Of a DNA stretch of 48,789 bases, positions 17,342 through 25,054 are shown piece by piece. The stretch is from Klebsiella phage KP13-2: the sequence record OP617742.1, one strand, 5' to 3'. The notes under the pieces are model-generated. The model was not told the DNA's origin, ran no database searches, and saw only the letters and a program-made list of their open reading frames with translations. Each line of letters opens with the position of its first letter. The stretch's first letter is position 1. The position numbers were made by a program, and so were the translations under genes.

Positions 17342-18031
17342 TTTAATCACAAACAGTTTTTCCGTGGAGTTTTTGTTTCCGCCTGACTTTCCGTTTGCTG
17401 ATAAAGAGCTTTTGGCGTTAATTTCAAGTATGCACTCAAAATCATCTGGCGCGGTATACTCGCTCACAAAAACCCGGCACCTTTTAGAAATTTCCCTGAC
17501 CCAATCCCAAAACGCAACATGATCAAAGTCAACACCGTAGCCAGTTGTTCCATGGTATGGTGGATCGCAGTAAACAGTTGCGTGATCTGGTATCTCAAGA
17601 TCAGAATAGCTTACGCTTGAAAACTCAACTCCCCTCAATAACCTTGCCTGATTAATTATTGAGCGCAAGGCTTCTTTTTGGTAATTCCTTTCTCCGGCTC
17701 TTGTCTGGCATATTCCAGCATAACCACCAAACCACTTTCCGGAATATGAACAACCTATTCCAGCCCAACCGATCATTTCATCACTTCCGTTAAGGTTTTT
17801 TAACTCCGCATATTCATGCCGTGAAATTTCTGGCGGAACCCATCCATCAACAACGGCCTTAAACATTGCTATTACATACTTGTTTGCGTCATTTGCAATT
17901 CTGCGATCGGCCTTTACGCAATCGATCATATTCATGCCACCAGCGAACGGTTCAACGTATACGCTTCCAATCTGACCCATCGCATCAAGAATTCTTTTTT
18001 TGAATCTTGCTTTACTCCCCATGTACTTCAT
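17339..18031 (-). CDS. D12-class DNA adenine methylase
   Basis: MKYMGSKARFKKRIL...YVEPFAGGMNMI...VYCDPPYHGTTGYG. Confidence 0.9.
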   Translation of the reverse strand: MKYMGSKARFKKRILDAMGQIGSVYVEPFAGGMNMIDCVKADRRIANDANKYVIAMFKAVVDGWVPPEISRHEYAELKNLNGSDEMIGWAGIGCSYSGKWFGGYAGICQTRAGERNYQKEALRSIINQARLLRGVEFSSVSYSDLEIPDHATVYCDPPYHGTTGYGVDFDHVAFWDWVREISKRCRVFVSEYTAPDDFECILEINAKSSLSANGKSGGNKNSTEKLFVIK

Positions 18032-18414
18032 TATTTCACCTCCGGAACGCAGGTCGCGTAATCCTGGCTGATGTAGATCGTGCGCTGAACGCGAGGTTCA
18101 TGCTCGCCGAGTTCCTGAATGGTAACATCGTTGCTACCTACCAGGCACGGAACCGATCCGAAAATAAACTCGCCAGTCTGCTTGTCGTTGATTTGCCAGG
18201 TTCTACCATCCGCCTGTTTAATGACAACGAACGGCGTGTTGTCCGCATTGAATTCGTCAGGGTGACGACCGTAATAGTGCATGATCGCAGCTTCGGCAGC
18301 GGCGTAAAACTTGTTAGTCACTTCATTGGTCGCCTCGTCGCGGATGGCCTTGATACGCTCTTCCGGCGATCCGATGATGTAGGAAAAGCTGTTCGAAATG
18401 GTAACTGTTCGCAT
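18031..18414 (-). CDS. Hypothetical protein
   Basis: Continuous operon spacing. Confidence 0.5.
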   Translation of the reverse strand: MRTVTISNSFSYIIGSPEERIKAIRDEATNEVTNKFYAAAEAAIMHYYGRHPDEFNADNTPFVVIKQADGRTWQINDKQTGEFIFGSVPCLVGSNDVTIQELGEHEPRVQRTIYISQDYATCVPEVK

Positions 18415-18683
18415 TATATTTTAACCTCGTTTCGTTGGATAAAGTCGGCGACGTAATGGCATTCGATCGGGTTCTCGATACCCGCCAGCACCTCGCAGCG
18501 ACCGTTATTCAGTAGCTGGCAATGCTGGCACTCCGCACCGCCAACACTGGCAATGACAATGGCGATCCCATTGCATGAACCGCCGAACATTCGATGAGGG
18601 AAGGGGTAAGCATCGCAGGTGCAAACCACCTCCCCGGCCCGCCGTTTCCTCATACCTGGCCCTTCTCGATGAAGAAAACCCAA
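18414..18683 (-). CDS. Hypothetical Cys-rich protein
   Basis: CTCDAYPFPHRMFGGSC...CQHCQLLNNGRCEVLAG. Confidence 0.5.
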   Translation of the reverse strand: MGFLHREGPGMRKRRAGEVVCTCDAYPFPHRMFGGSCNGIAIVIASVGGAECQHCQLLNNGRCEVLAGIENPIECHYVADFIQRNEVKI

Positions 18684-18844
18684 TCACGAGCGTCAACCGC
18701 AAAGCGTGCAACGCCGTCGAGCACCACGAAGACAGTAAACCCATTGACGCCGCGACCCTTCTCGATATCGGTTACGGTACGGAACAGATCGCTTGCGCCA
18801 TATTGAATTTTATCACCGACGACTACATCCGCAAATGCTTTCAT
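18650..18844 (-). CDS. Hypothetical small protein
   Basis: MKAFADVVVGDKIQYGASDLFRTVTDIEKG; AATCAGGAG upstream; track start is 18880. Confidence 0.5.
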   Translation of the reverse strand: MKAFADVVVGDKIQYGASDLFRTVTDIEKGRGVNGFTVFVVLDGVARFAVDARDWVFFIEKGQV

Positions 18845-18919
18845 GGTTAATCTCCTGATTGATTCGCGTTGAAGTTTCATAGCTTTGGCCCCTTTGGCTC
18901 AATTCGTTTCGTTGAAGTC

Positions 18920-18962
18920 ATCATAGCAAAGCCGATCGGGTTGGTTTTAACAAAAAATGCTA
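18920..18962 (-). promoter_or_regulatory. Composite promoter (minus strand)
   Basis: TAGCATTTTTTGTTAAAAC (18962..18944), TATGAT at 18925..18920 (+37). Confidence 0.7.
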
Positions 18963-19234
18963 TTCCTGCGATTGCTGATTATTCAACCGATTCGGAATAG
19001 TGTAATAGATTGTGATTGCACCTGATTCCCTGGTGATTAGTTTTGACGAATCATGATTGCTTTTGATTGTTTCATTCTGTGCAATGATTTTGGGAGTGTT
19101 TCAGGATTTGCAACGAATTGCATAAATGTATGCACCATGCACGCAATTTGCCGCTCGAAGCGGTCAAAACAGGCAGCTATTTGTGGCGGCTTTGTGGTTA
19201 TGTGGTTTTATGGGGTTGCTTTGTGGCGGGAAAA

Positions 19235-19353
19235 ATCTTACCGGAAATCCGCGCAAAAAATGAACAATAAATACATATAGAATATACGTAAGTATATATA
19301 AAATAAGAGTATTATTATTATATACCTATATCTATTTCTCTTTGTGGTAAGAT
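19235..19353 (+). repeat. Copy B of 119-bp AT-rich element bounded by inverted GTAAGAT sites
   Basis: ATCTTAC...CGCGCAAAA...GTAAGTATAT...TATTATTATTAT...CTATATCTAT...GTAAGAT; inverted homologue of 3565..3684. Confidence 0.8.
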
Positions 19354-19488
19354 TTATCCGCGTGCTGGCTTACTCGTTCGCTGCCGCGCCAAAAAATTTT
19401 TGATGTTCCGCGCCGCCGTCGTGAAATATATAAAGGGGCATATATAAGGGGGTTAGTTACCGAGTTACCACAAAAACGGCAAACGCAG

Positions 19489-19516
19489 TTGACACAAGGC
19501 TTTGATGGGGTATTAT
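19489..19516 (+). promoter_or_regulatory. Sigma70-type promoter
   Basis: TTGACA, 16-nt spacer, TATTAT. Confidence 0.75.
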
Positions 19517-19583
19517 TCACGTATGATTGAGCTTACACCAATCTAACCACAAACTTTAACAAAACCACAAAGGAGCCACAAAA

Positions 19584-20147
19584 ATGGCGAGACCAAAGGC
19601 ACAGGACAGGATCGAAATCACCGATCCCGGCGAGTTGCTCGACCTGGCAAAGTCGGCAGCAAGAAAGCGGATGGATGTCACTGGCGAAGACCGCGAGCAG
19701 ATAGAAGCGATTATCAAAGAGGCATACGACAAAGCCTGGGGAGGCGGTGAGTACCTGCGGGCGAGATTCATTGCTGCGGGTCACGATCTGCTTATCAGCG
19801 ATTCAGAGTACCGCCTTGCCACCAGGGGGAGTGGACTGTACGACTCGACGATCTCAAGCGCACTGAAGCGGTTCGCAAAACCAGGGGAGAAAATCAGCAG
19901 GCGCGTTGTGAATGGGTTCTACCACATCACGATCGCAGAAGACTTGTCGAAGGAGGCGGTGGCGAAAAGTCATGAGGATTCGATCCGGAAGGAGGAGCGG
20001 GAAAGGATTAAAGGTTTAGTGGCCGCTCTTGCCGTAGACTTCGCCGGGGATGCCCTGACCGGGATTTACAAGGCAAATCTGTGTGCGGCTATCGATCTTG
20101 GATTGACCGCCAGCGATATCAGCCAGGAGTCCAGTCATGAAGAGTAA
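19584..20147 (+). CDS. Hypothetical protein, candidate regulator or element-binding protein
   Basis: MARPKAQDRIEITDPGELLDLAKSAARK...; CCACAAAGGAGCCACAAAAATG at the start. Confidence 0.6.
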   Translation: MARPKAQDRIEITDPGELLDLAKSAARKRMDVTGEDREQIEAIIKEAYDKAWGGGEYLRARFIAAGHDLLISDSEYRLATRGSGLYDSTISSALKRFAKPGEKISRRVVNGFYHITIAEDLSKEAVAKSHEDSIRKEERERIKGLVAALAVDFAGDALTGIYKANLCAAIDLGLTASDISQESSHEE

Positions 20148-20358
20148 GACTTCAATAGCCCAAACACTCATGCGGCAATATAGGGGCATGATAAAAACAA
20201 TGGATCGGGTTGCACTCCAGCAAGCTGTAAAATATTGCTACCGTGCACCGGACTCCTTGACCTACAGGTTTAAGGATGACTCCGTGATATGGTTCCACAA
20301 AGGTAGCGCAATCATCATCACAAAAGAAGAAGCACTAAAACTATGGAGGAGAGTATGA
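20137..20358 (+). CDS. Hypothetical protein
   Basis: Overlaps neighbours at stop/start. Confidence 0.5.
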   Translation: MKSKTSIAQTLMRQYRGMIKTMDRVALQQAVKYCYRAPDSLTYRFKDDSVIWFHKGSAIIITKEEALKLWRRV

Positions 20359-20660
20359 AGCTATATCCAGACCAAAACGACCCGGCGGCACCGATGCGCC
20401 TGGGAGACACGCCAATCAGCGAGCAGGAGGTTATCGCAGCCATTGCCACTGCATCGGACGACGAAAATCCAACCGCCCTGGAATGCGTTACAGCCGACTT
20501 GCTGTTAATGTCATTTCTTCCGGAATCTGAATCTTACATTCAGCATATCACCGAGACAGGCGAGGCTGTTACGAAACCGGAATTCATCGGCGCGTCGAAC
20601 GTCCTGGCTATGATGGCCGATGAGGCCGACAACATCATTAGCCTGGATTATCCACAATGA
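20355..20660 (+). CDS. Hypothetical protein
   Basis: MKLYPDQNDPAAPMRLGDTPISEQEVIAAIA; start chosen at internal Met near GGAG (track start 20343). Confidence 0.55.
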   Translation: MKLYPDQNDPAAPMRLGDTPISEQEVIAAIATASDDENPTALECVTADLLLMSFLPESESYIQHITETGEAVTKPEFIGASNVLAMMADEADNIISLDYPQ

Positions 20661-20740
20661 GCGCCTTTATCCTGTTTTCCATCGGTGTTAATTGCGGATT
20701 GCTCCTGGCGGCATTTATCATCCACCTGAGCAACAAGTAG
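20657..20740 (+). CDS. 27-aa hydrophobic micro-ORF
   Basis: MSAFILFSIGVNCGLLLAAFIIHLSNK; ATGA overlap with upstream stop; its TAG stop begins the next promoter box. Not in ORF track. Confidence 0.5.
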   Translation: MSAFILFSIGVNCGLLLAAFIIHLSNK

Positions 20741-20780
20741 CACTTTTTGTTAAAACCCGGTCAGGGAGATAGGGTATTAT
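20738..20780 (+). promoter_or_regulatory. Composite promoter
   Basis: TAGCACTTTTTGTTAAAAC (20738..20756), TATTAT at 20775..20780 (+37). Confidence 0.75.
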
Positions 20781-20811
20781 CTCTTCATCGACAACGAATG
20801 AGGAAACCGAA

Positions 20812-20964
20812 ATGATTACTCTGATTACCTGGGAACACGAAAGCAGCAAGCCAGAAGTGCGCGAGTTCGAGACCGTGGCGGCTTGCTACAACCTGGCGGC
20901 AAACAGTGGCTTTTACAAGGCGCAGATCGTTAACGAGTTCGGGGTTGTCGATTATGAATTTTAA
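20812..20964 (+). CDS. 50-aa hypothetical protein
   Basis: MITLITWEHESSKPEVREFETVAACYNLAANSGFYKAQIVNEFGVVDYEF; below track cutoff, 74 nt after a promoter box. Confidence 0.55.
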   Translation: MITLITWEHESSKPEVREFETVAACYNLAANSGFYKAQIVNEFGVVDYEF

Positions 20965-21163
20965 GGCGAGCGATGTAAAACCTGGCGCGGTCTACGGATC
21001 GCGCCTCAACAACCGCCTTTGGCGCTGGGATGGCGAAACTATGTGGACTAAAGGCGAGGGCGATGTTATTTGGCATGAATGCGGCTGGCCCCACCCCACA
21101 ATGAGCCGACTTGATATCGCTTATTATCTTTCAGTTGGCGATATGCACGAGGTGGAAAGATAG
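20954..21163 (+). CDS. Hypothetical protein
   Basis: MNFKASDVKPGAVYGSRLNNRLWRWDG; overlaps the preceding micro-ORF; TAG stop shared with the next box. Confidence 0.55.
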   Translation: MNFKASDVKPGAVYGSRLNNRLWRWDGETMWTKGEGDVIWHECGWPHPTMSRLDIAYYLSVGDMHEVER

Positions 21164-21203
21164 CACTTTTTGCCAAAACGCCGATGGCGAGATCCGGTAT
21201 TAT
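21161..21203 (+). promoter_or_regulatory. Composite promoter
   Basis: TAGCACTTTTTGCCAAAAC, TATTAT at 21198..21203 (+37). Confidence 0.75.
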
Positions 21204-21229
21204 TTACCCATCGACAACGAACTGAGGTG

Positions 21230-21415
21230 ATGAAGATGGATAAGGTTATCAAGATGAGCGAAGTTAAGCCGGGCATGATGGTTAAGTTTGCTGGCAAGTT
21301 TCGCCTGGTTCTCGCAGCAGATCGCAAGGCGAACATTCTCACAATTCGCGTTAATGGAAAGGCGCAACTCTTCGCGCCGCAGTCCGACATTGATGTTGAA
21401 GTTCGTATCAAGTAA
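21230..21415 (+). CDS. Hypothetical protein
   Basis: MKMDKVIKMSEVKPGMMVKFAGKFRLVLAADRK; 69 nt after the box. Confidence 0.55.
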   Translation: MKMDKVIKMSEVKPGMMVKFAGKFRLVLAADRKANILTIRVNGKAQLFAPQSDIDVEVRIK

Positions 21416-21432
21416 GCAGCCGGGAGATGAAG

Positions 21433-21540
21433 ATGAGCAAGAAGAATCCATATTCAACCAGCAACTACCATAACGAACACGTCATGCGCTGGCACTGGCA
21501 GAAACTCAAAGAGCACTACCTTGCACGCCAGGGCAAATAA
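21433..21540 (+). CDS. 35-aa hypothetical micro-ORF
   Basis: MSKKNPYSTSNYHNEHVMRWHWQKLKEHYLARQGK; GGGAGATGAAG upstream. Confidence 0.4.
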   Translation: MSKKNPYSTSNYHNEHVMRWHWQKLKEHYLARQGK

Positions 21541-21603
21541 TCACAATAGCGCCGCTTCGGTGGCGCTATATTCCAACCATCAACACGGCTCACGCCAGGA
21601 GGA

Positions 21604-21834
21604 TTGGCAATGCCACGATTTTCAGCAACAACAAAACTTCGCACCTTCGCCGGGATGCCGATCCCATACTCATCAACCAAAGCCGTCCAGGGCGGCGAGC
21701 ACGGCGTATACTTCCACTGGTGCGGCAAGTGGCGCTTCACCGTCATTCTCGGCTTTTACGTCACCTGCGATCGCGTGGATATTGCCGACCATTCCGGCGG
21801 GAACCAGGTTCACGAGTTCAAAAGGCACGAATAG
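21604..21834 (+). CDS. Hypothetical protein
   Basis: TAG stop shared with the next promoter box. Confidence 0.45.
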   Translation: MAMPRFSATTKLRTFAGMPIPYSSTKAVQGGEHGVYFHWCGKWRFTVILGFYVTCDRVDIADHSGGNQVHEFKRHE

Positions 21835-21874
21835 CACTTTTTGCTAAAACTCGATCGGGGCAATGCGTTATTAT
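21832..21874 (+). promoter_or_regulatory. Composite promoter
   Basis: TAGCACTTTTTGCTAAAAC, TATTAT at 21869..21874 (+37). Confidence 0.75.
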
Positions 21875-21902
21875 TACCCCATCGAAACAGAGGAGCAAAA
21901 AC

Positions 21903-22115
21903 ATGATTGGCAACCACAACAACGAACTGAACGCAGCAGCCCACCGTCGCGCCGTCGAGCAGAACTTCAACGCGCTTAAAGTAGCCTGCGATGAGATGAA
22001 AGCAATGCTTGAACTGCCGTCATGGGATCCCCAACTAGAAGACTACTATGACGGCCTCCGCGTCAAGCGTGACGATATCATCAACCGCCTGCGCCTGGCC
22101 GGAATGTTTCTGTAA
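21903..22115 (+). CDS. Hypothetical protein
   Basis: MIGNHNNELNAAAHRRAVEQNFNALKVACDEMK; 71 nt after the box. Confidence 0.55.
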   Translation: MIGNHNNELNAAAHRRAVEQNFNALKVACDEMKAMLELPSWDPQLEDYYDGLRVKRDDIINRLRLAGMFL

Positions 22116-22125
22116 GGAGAGCGCA

Positions 22126-22446
22126 ATGATTCACGAAATTAAGTCAAAAAAGCAAGTGGTGGCAACCATCAAGAAGAGGATGGTTGTTGCATTCCAGCTT
22201 AACATTACCGACCCCGACGACACGCAGTCGATTGACGTGCCGATTTGGGCTAACACGATCGCCATTGATGCCGACGGTGCAATTTGGGCCTATGAGTCTA
22301 CAGCCGAAGAGGTTCGAATTATTGGAGACCAGGATGACGCATGGAGCGACTGGGGAAAGGCAAAAAACAGGATAGACCAAATCGGGGCAATGGCTCTCTT
22401 CCCTGATTGGGCAAAATCGAAGATTGACCTTCGCGGCCTGAAATAG
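22126..22446 (+). CDS. Hypothetical protein
   Basis: MIHEIKSKKQVVATIKKRMVVAFQL...; GGAG upstream; TAG stop shared with the next box. Confidence 0.55.
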   Translation: MIHEIKSKKQVVATIKKRMVVAFQLNITDPDDTQSIDVPIWANTIAIDADGAIWAYESTAEEVRIIGDQDDAWSDWGKAKNRIDQIGAMALFPDWAKSKIDLRGLK

Positions 22447-22486
22447 CACGAATAGCTAAACGCCCGATCAATGGATCGGGCATAAT
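22444..22486 (+). promoter_or_regulatory. Composite promoter
   Basis: TAGCACGAATAGCTAAAC, CATAAT at 22481..22486 (+37). Confidence 0.7.
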
Positions 22487-22515
22487 GACCACACACCAAA
22501 CAACGGAGATACACC

Positions 22516-22914
22516 ATGAAGCAGATCGTCAAAAACGCGGTTGTCGCCATCGTCGGAACCAACTTCGAAGGCAAGAAAAGCCGCATTCACCTTTTGCACG
22601 TTGACAATGACGGCAAGATGCGCGGCGCATTCTACCTTGGAGATCGAGGTCAGCGCCTTCATAGCGATGAGCATCCGTTTCGGAATATGACCCACTTCCA
22701 GAATAGCCGGGACTATAGCCCAACATGGTTTCACGAATACCATTTCGAAGGCTTGATGGTTGAATCGTTCGTTGCCGATCCGATGAAACTAACAACACGC
22801 GATTACAAGCGCATGGCACGCAAGGCGCACAAACTCATGAAGCGCACGCCGAAAAGCCACGTCTGGCACATCTTCGCCAACCAACTGGAAGACCTGTCAT
22901 GGTTGAAACAGTAA
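22516..22914 (+). CDS. Hypothetical protein
   Basis: 72 nt after the box; uninterrupted frame. Confidence 0.6.
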   Translation: MKQIVKNAVVAIVGTNFEGKKSRIHLLHVDNDGKMRGAFYLGDRGQRLHSDEHPFRNMTHFQNSRDYSPTWFHEYHFEGLMVESFVADPMKLTTRDYKRMARKAHKLMKRTPKSHVWHIFANQLEDLSWLKQ

Positions 22915-23147
22915 CAGTGATTTGCACCCATGCTGGTTACGGGCCACTTATTCCGCTGTTCACGGTGGGTAAGGAGTATCAAGCCAGGTTCGGCCCCGGC
23001 CTGGATGAAGTCTGGATTTTGCAGGACGACAAGAAAACAACGGAGTTGGGAGAAAACTGGTTAGCTTGCCGTATGCCGGACGAAAAGATAGCGATGTTTC
23101 TTAACAGACCATATGAAAACAACGTTCTATTTGAGGTGAAAGTATGA
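22899..23147 (+). CDS. Hypothetical protein
   Basis: Overlaps the preceding gene; THAGYGPLIPLFTVGKEYQARFG. Confidence 0.55.
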   Translation: MVETVTVICTHAGYGPLIPLFTVGKEYQARFGPGLDEVWILQDDKKTTELGENWLACRMPDEKIAMFLNRPYENNVLFEVKV

Positions 23148-23329
23148 AAGTAAGCAAAAAGAAACTAGCGCTGTATTGGGCCTTCTTCCTGGTTGGCCTG
23201 GCCCTGCATGACAGCGTGGGCTGGCAGACGATCGGAATTCTGTGCATGATTATTGGTGTATGCCGACTGTCTGAGATTAACGGGTTACGCCGTGGGTATC
23301 GGGCAGCGTTCAGCGGCGAAAAAGAATAG
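23144..23329 (+). CDS. Small membrane protein
   Basis: Two hydrophobic segments; TAG stop shared with the next box. Confidence 0.55.
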   Translation: MKVSKKKLALYWAFFLVGLALHDSVGWQTIGILCMIIGVCRLSEINGLRRGYRAAFSGEKE

Positions 23330-23369
23330 CACTTTTTGTTAAAACTGCCGTAACGTCATTTGATAAAGT
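23327..23369 (+). promoter_or_regulatory. Composite promoter
   Basis: TAGCACTTTTTGTTAAAAC, TGA-TAAAGT at 23364..23369 (+37). Confidence 0.7.
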
Positions 23370-23408
23370 GGCGTTACTGAAGTGAACAATCCAATCAGGA
23401 GCAACGCA

Positions 23409-23627
23409 ATGAACGATAATTTAATCGCACTGCTGGAAGAACTGAATTCCTACGGCTGCGCATACATCGAGCTTTCGAGCGAGCAGGTTATTGAAGTCGC
23501 AATCGACGATGACGCCGGGTTTACCAGATTAAGGGTGGCGGCAGGGGCAGAAGAGGAATTCGAAGACTGCGGCATCCGTGAAGTAACCAGCCTTCTCGAA
23601 TCCCACCAGGTGAAGGAGATCCGATAA
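23409..23627 (+). CDS. Hypothetical protein
   Basis: MNDNLIALLEELNSYGCAYIELSSEQV; CCAATCAGGAG leader. Confidence 0.55.
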   Translation: MNDNLIALLEELNSYGCAYIELSSEQVIEVAIDDDAGFTRLRVAAGAEEEFEDCGIREVTSLLESHQVKEIR

Positions 23628-24115
23628 TGAAAACCGTAAAACTTATGGTTGTCAATGCGGCCCGCGAACGTGAGCGCCACCTTATCGGCTGCGTATTCGA
23701 TGCCGTCGAGGTGCACGAACCACTAGGCACGGTTCACGTAATCCAGGGCGGATATCTGAACGAATTTATCATCAATCCGCTGGATACTGACGAAGATTTG
23801 ACCATCCGTGTTGGCAGCGAGCCGGAAAACGCGCTTTTCCACCTGCGGAAAGTATCGAAGGCGTCGCAGCGCAAGTTGCTGGTTCGTGCGCTAAAACTTC
23901 AAGCGCGCGATCGTGGTTGGACTAACTCATATATACGCAAGTTTGGCGAGTTCTCTGGCGTCGGCGATTGGGCGAGATCTTGGGCTAACTGGTACTTCGA
24001 TAAAGACGGGAAATTTTCCGCCACTTATATGGATGGATGGCACGGAACCGATCACGACCCGGCTAGTGGATACGAATGGCAAGAATTTATCGAGTTTGAG
24101 TTTGATGCGTTCTAA
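23627..24115 (+). CDS. Hypothetical protein
   Basis: Adjoins the preceding stop; next box follows directly. Confidence 0.6.
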   Translation: MKTVKLMVVNAARERERHLIGCVFDAVEVHEPLGTVHVIQGGYLNEFIINPLDTDEDLTIRVGSEPENALFHLRKVSKASQRKLLVRALKLQARDRGWTNSYIRKFGEFSGVGDWARSWANWYFDKDGKFSATYMDGWHGTDHDPASGYEWQEFIEFEFDAF

Positions 24116-24160
24116 TAGCACGAATTGCTAAAACGAACGTCAGGGGATGGTGCATACTAT
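24116..24160 (+). promoter_or_regulatory. Composite promoter
   Basis: TAGCACGAATTGCTAAAAC; inverted repeat GGGGAT-N10-ATCCCC at 24143..24164 across CATACT/TACTAT. Confidence 0.75.
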
Positions 24161-24190
24161 CCCCACACCAACGAACAAAGGAAATAATCC

Positions 24191-24760
24191 ATGAACAACC
24201 TGAAAATTACCCTGATCCCGTCCGTCGATTCCCCGGTAAATGTTTTCGCAAGATTCACCAAAGGGAAGCGCTACCCAGCAATTGCCTTCACCAACGACTC
24301 CGGCGATCTGCTTTACAAGGTCAGAGACGACGAAGGGCTCAGGCATACTGTACATACCAGATCGTCGCACCATCTTGGCGGCCATCGCTTCGATATTGAA
24401 TTCGAAATAGAAGAGCCATGTATCGGCAACGGATTCATTAATCGGGCCTGCATTGTTGACCTAATTCCGTCAGATAATAACGCCAAAGACGACGCCGACC
24501 CGCTGTTAAATGCCGTTATTCGCGCCGGGATCGATTGGGCGATTAGTGATGACTCTTGCGAATCATTCATGCGAGAACCATTCTCACGAATCGCGGAGCT
24601 TGAACAGCAGGTTGCGTTCCTGACTGGTGAACTTCAGGCGGCTATCGCCACGATCGAGCGGGTTCGGGAAATCATGCGTAGCGAACCTGGCTATGATATT
24701 GAAGATCACGCGCGAGTTTTGCGCATAATGGCTGACGCATTCGCCAAACTTCAGCAATAG
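24191..24760 (+). CDS. Hypothetical protein
   Basis: 75 nt after the box; TAG stop overlaps a degenerate box TAGCACGAG... Confidence 0.6.
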   Translation: MNNLKITLIPSVDSPVNVFARFTKGKRYPAIAFTNDSGDLLYKVRDDEGLRHTVHTRSSHHLGGHRFDIEFEIEEPCIGNGFINRACIVDLIPSDNNAKDDADPLLNAVIRAGIDWAISDDSCESFMREPFSRIAELEQQVAFLTGELQAAIATIERVREIMRSEPGYDIEDHARVLRIMADAFAKLQQ

Positions 24761-24825
24761 CACGAGCCACAAACGCTAACCGGGGTTGCCGCATGGCTAC
24801 CCCATCGAAGACAAGGAAAAACATC

Positions 24826-25017
24826 ATGATTTACGCAATTATTGCCCTGGTGGTTCTTATTCTGGCACTGTATGCGTGCGGCTGTTTCCTCATGCGGGCC
24901 TTCCTGAAATCGGCTGATTCTACCGACAAAGAAGATCTTTACCCTGTGATTTGCTGGCCCTGGATTACACTTTCCGCCGTTGGCAGCGTGATCATTTCCC
25001 GCAATTTTAAGTGGTGA
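24826..25017 (+). CDS. Small membrane protein
   Basis: MIYAIIALVVLILALYACGCFLMRAFLK; track start 24793. Confidence 0.5.
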   Translation: MIYAIIALVVLILALYACGCFLMRAFLKSADSTDKEDLYPVICWPWITLSAVGSVIISRNFKW

Positions 25018-25054
25018 GATGGCGTTTGGGTGCCAAAATGGATGGCCTGCCAAA

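Larger units (their letters stand above)
19180..19582. repeat. Array of TTTGTGG / CCACAAA heptamers around element B and the promoter/RBS of the 19584 gene
   Basis: TTTGTGG at 19180, 19191, 19220, 19341; CCACAAA at 19468, 19547, 19565, 19576. Confidence 0.7.

Noticed and set aside
19180-19582. CRISPR-like array
   Set aside because: Repeats are only 7 nt with irregular spacing and mixed orientation, so not CRISPR; they better fit operator/iteron sites.
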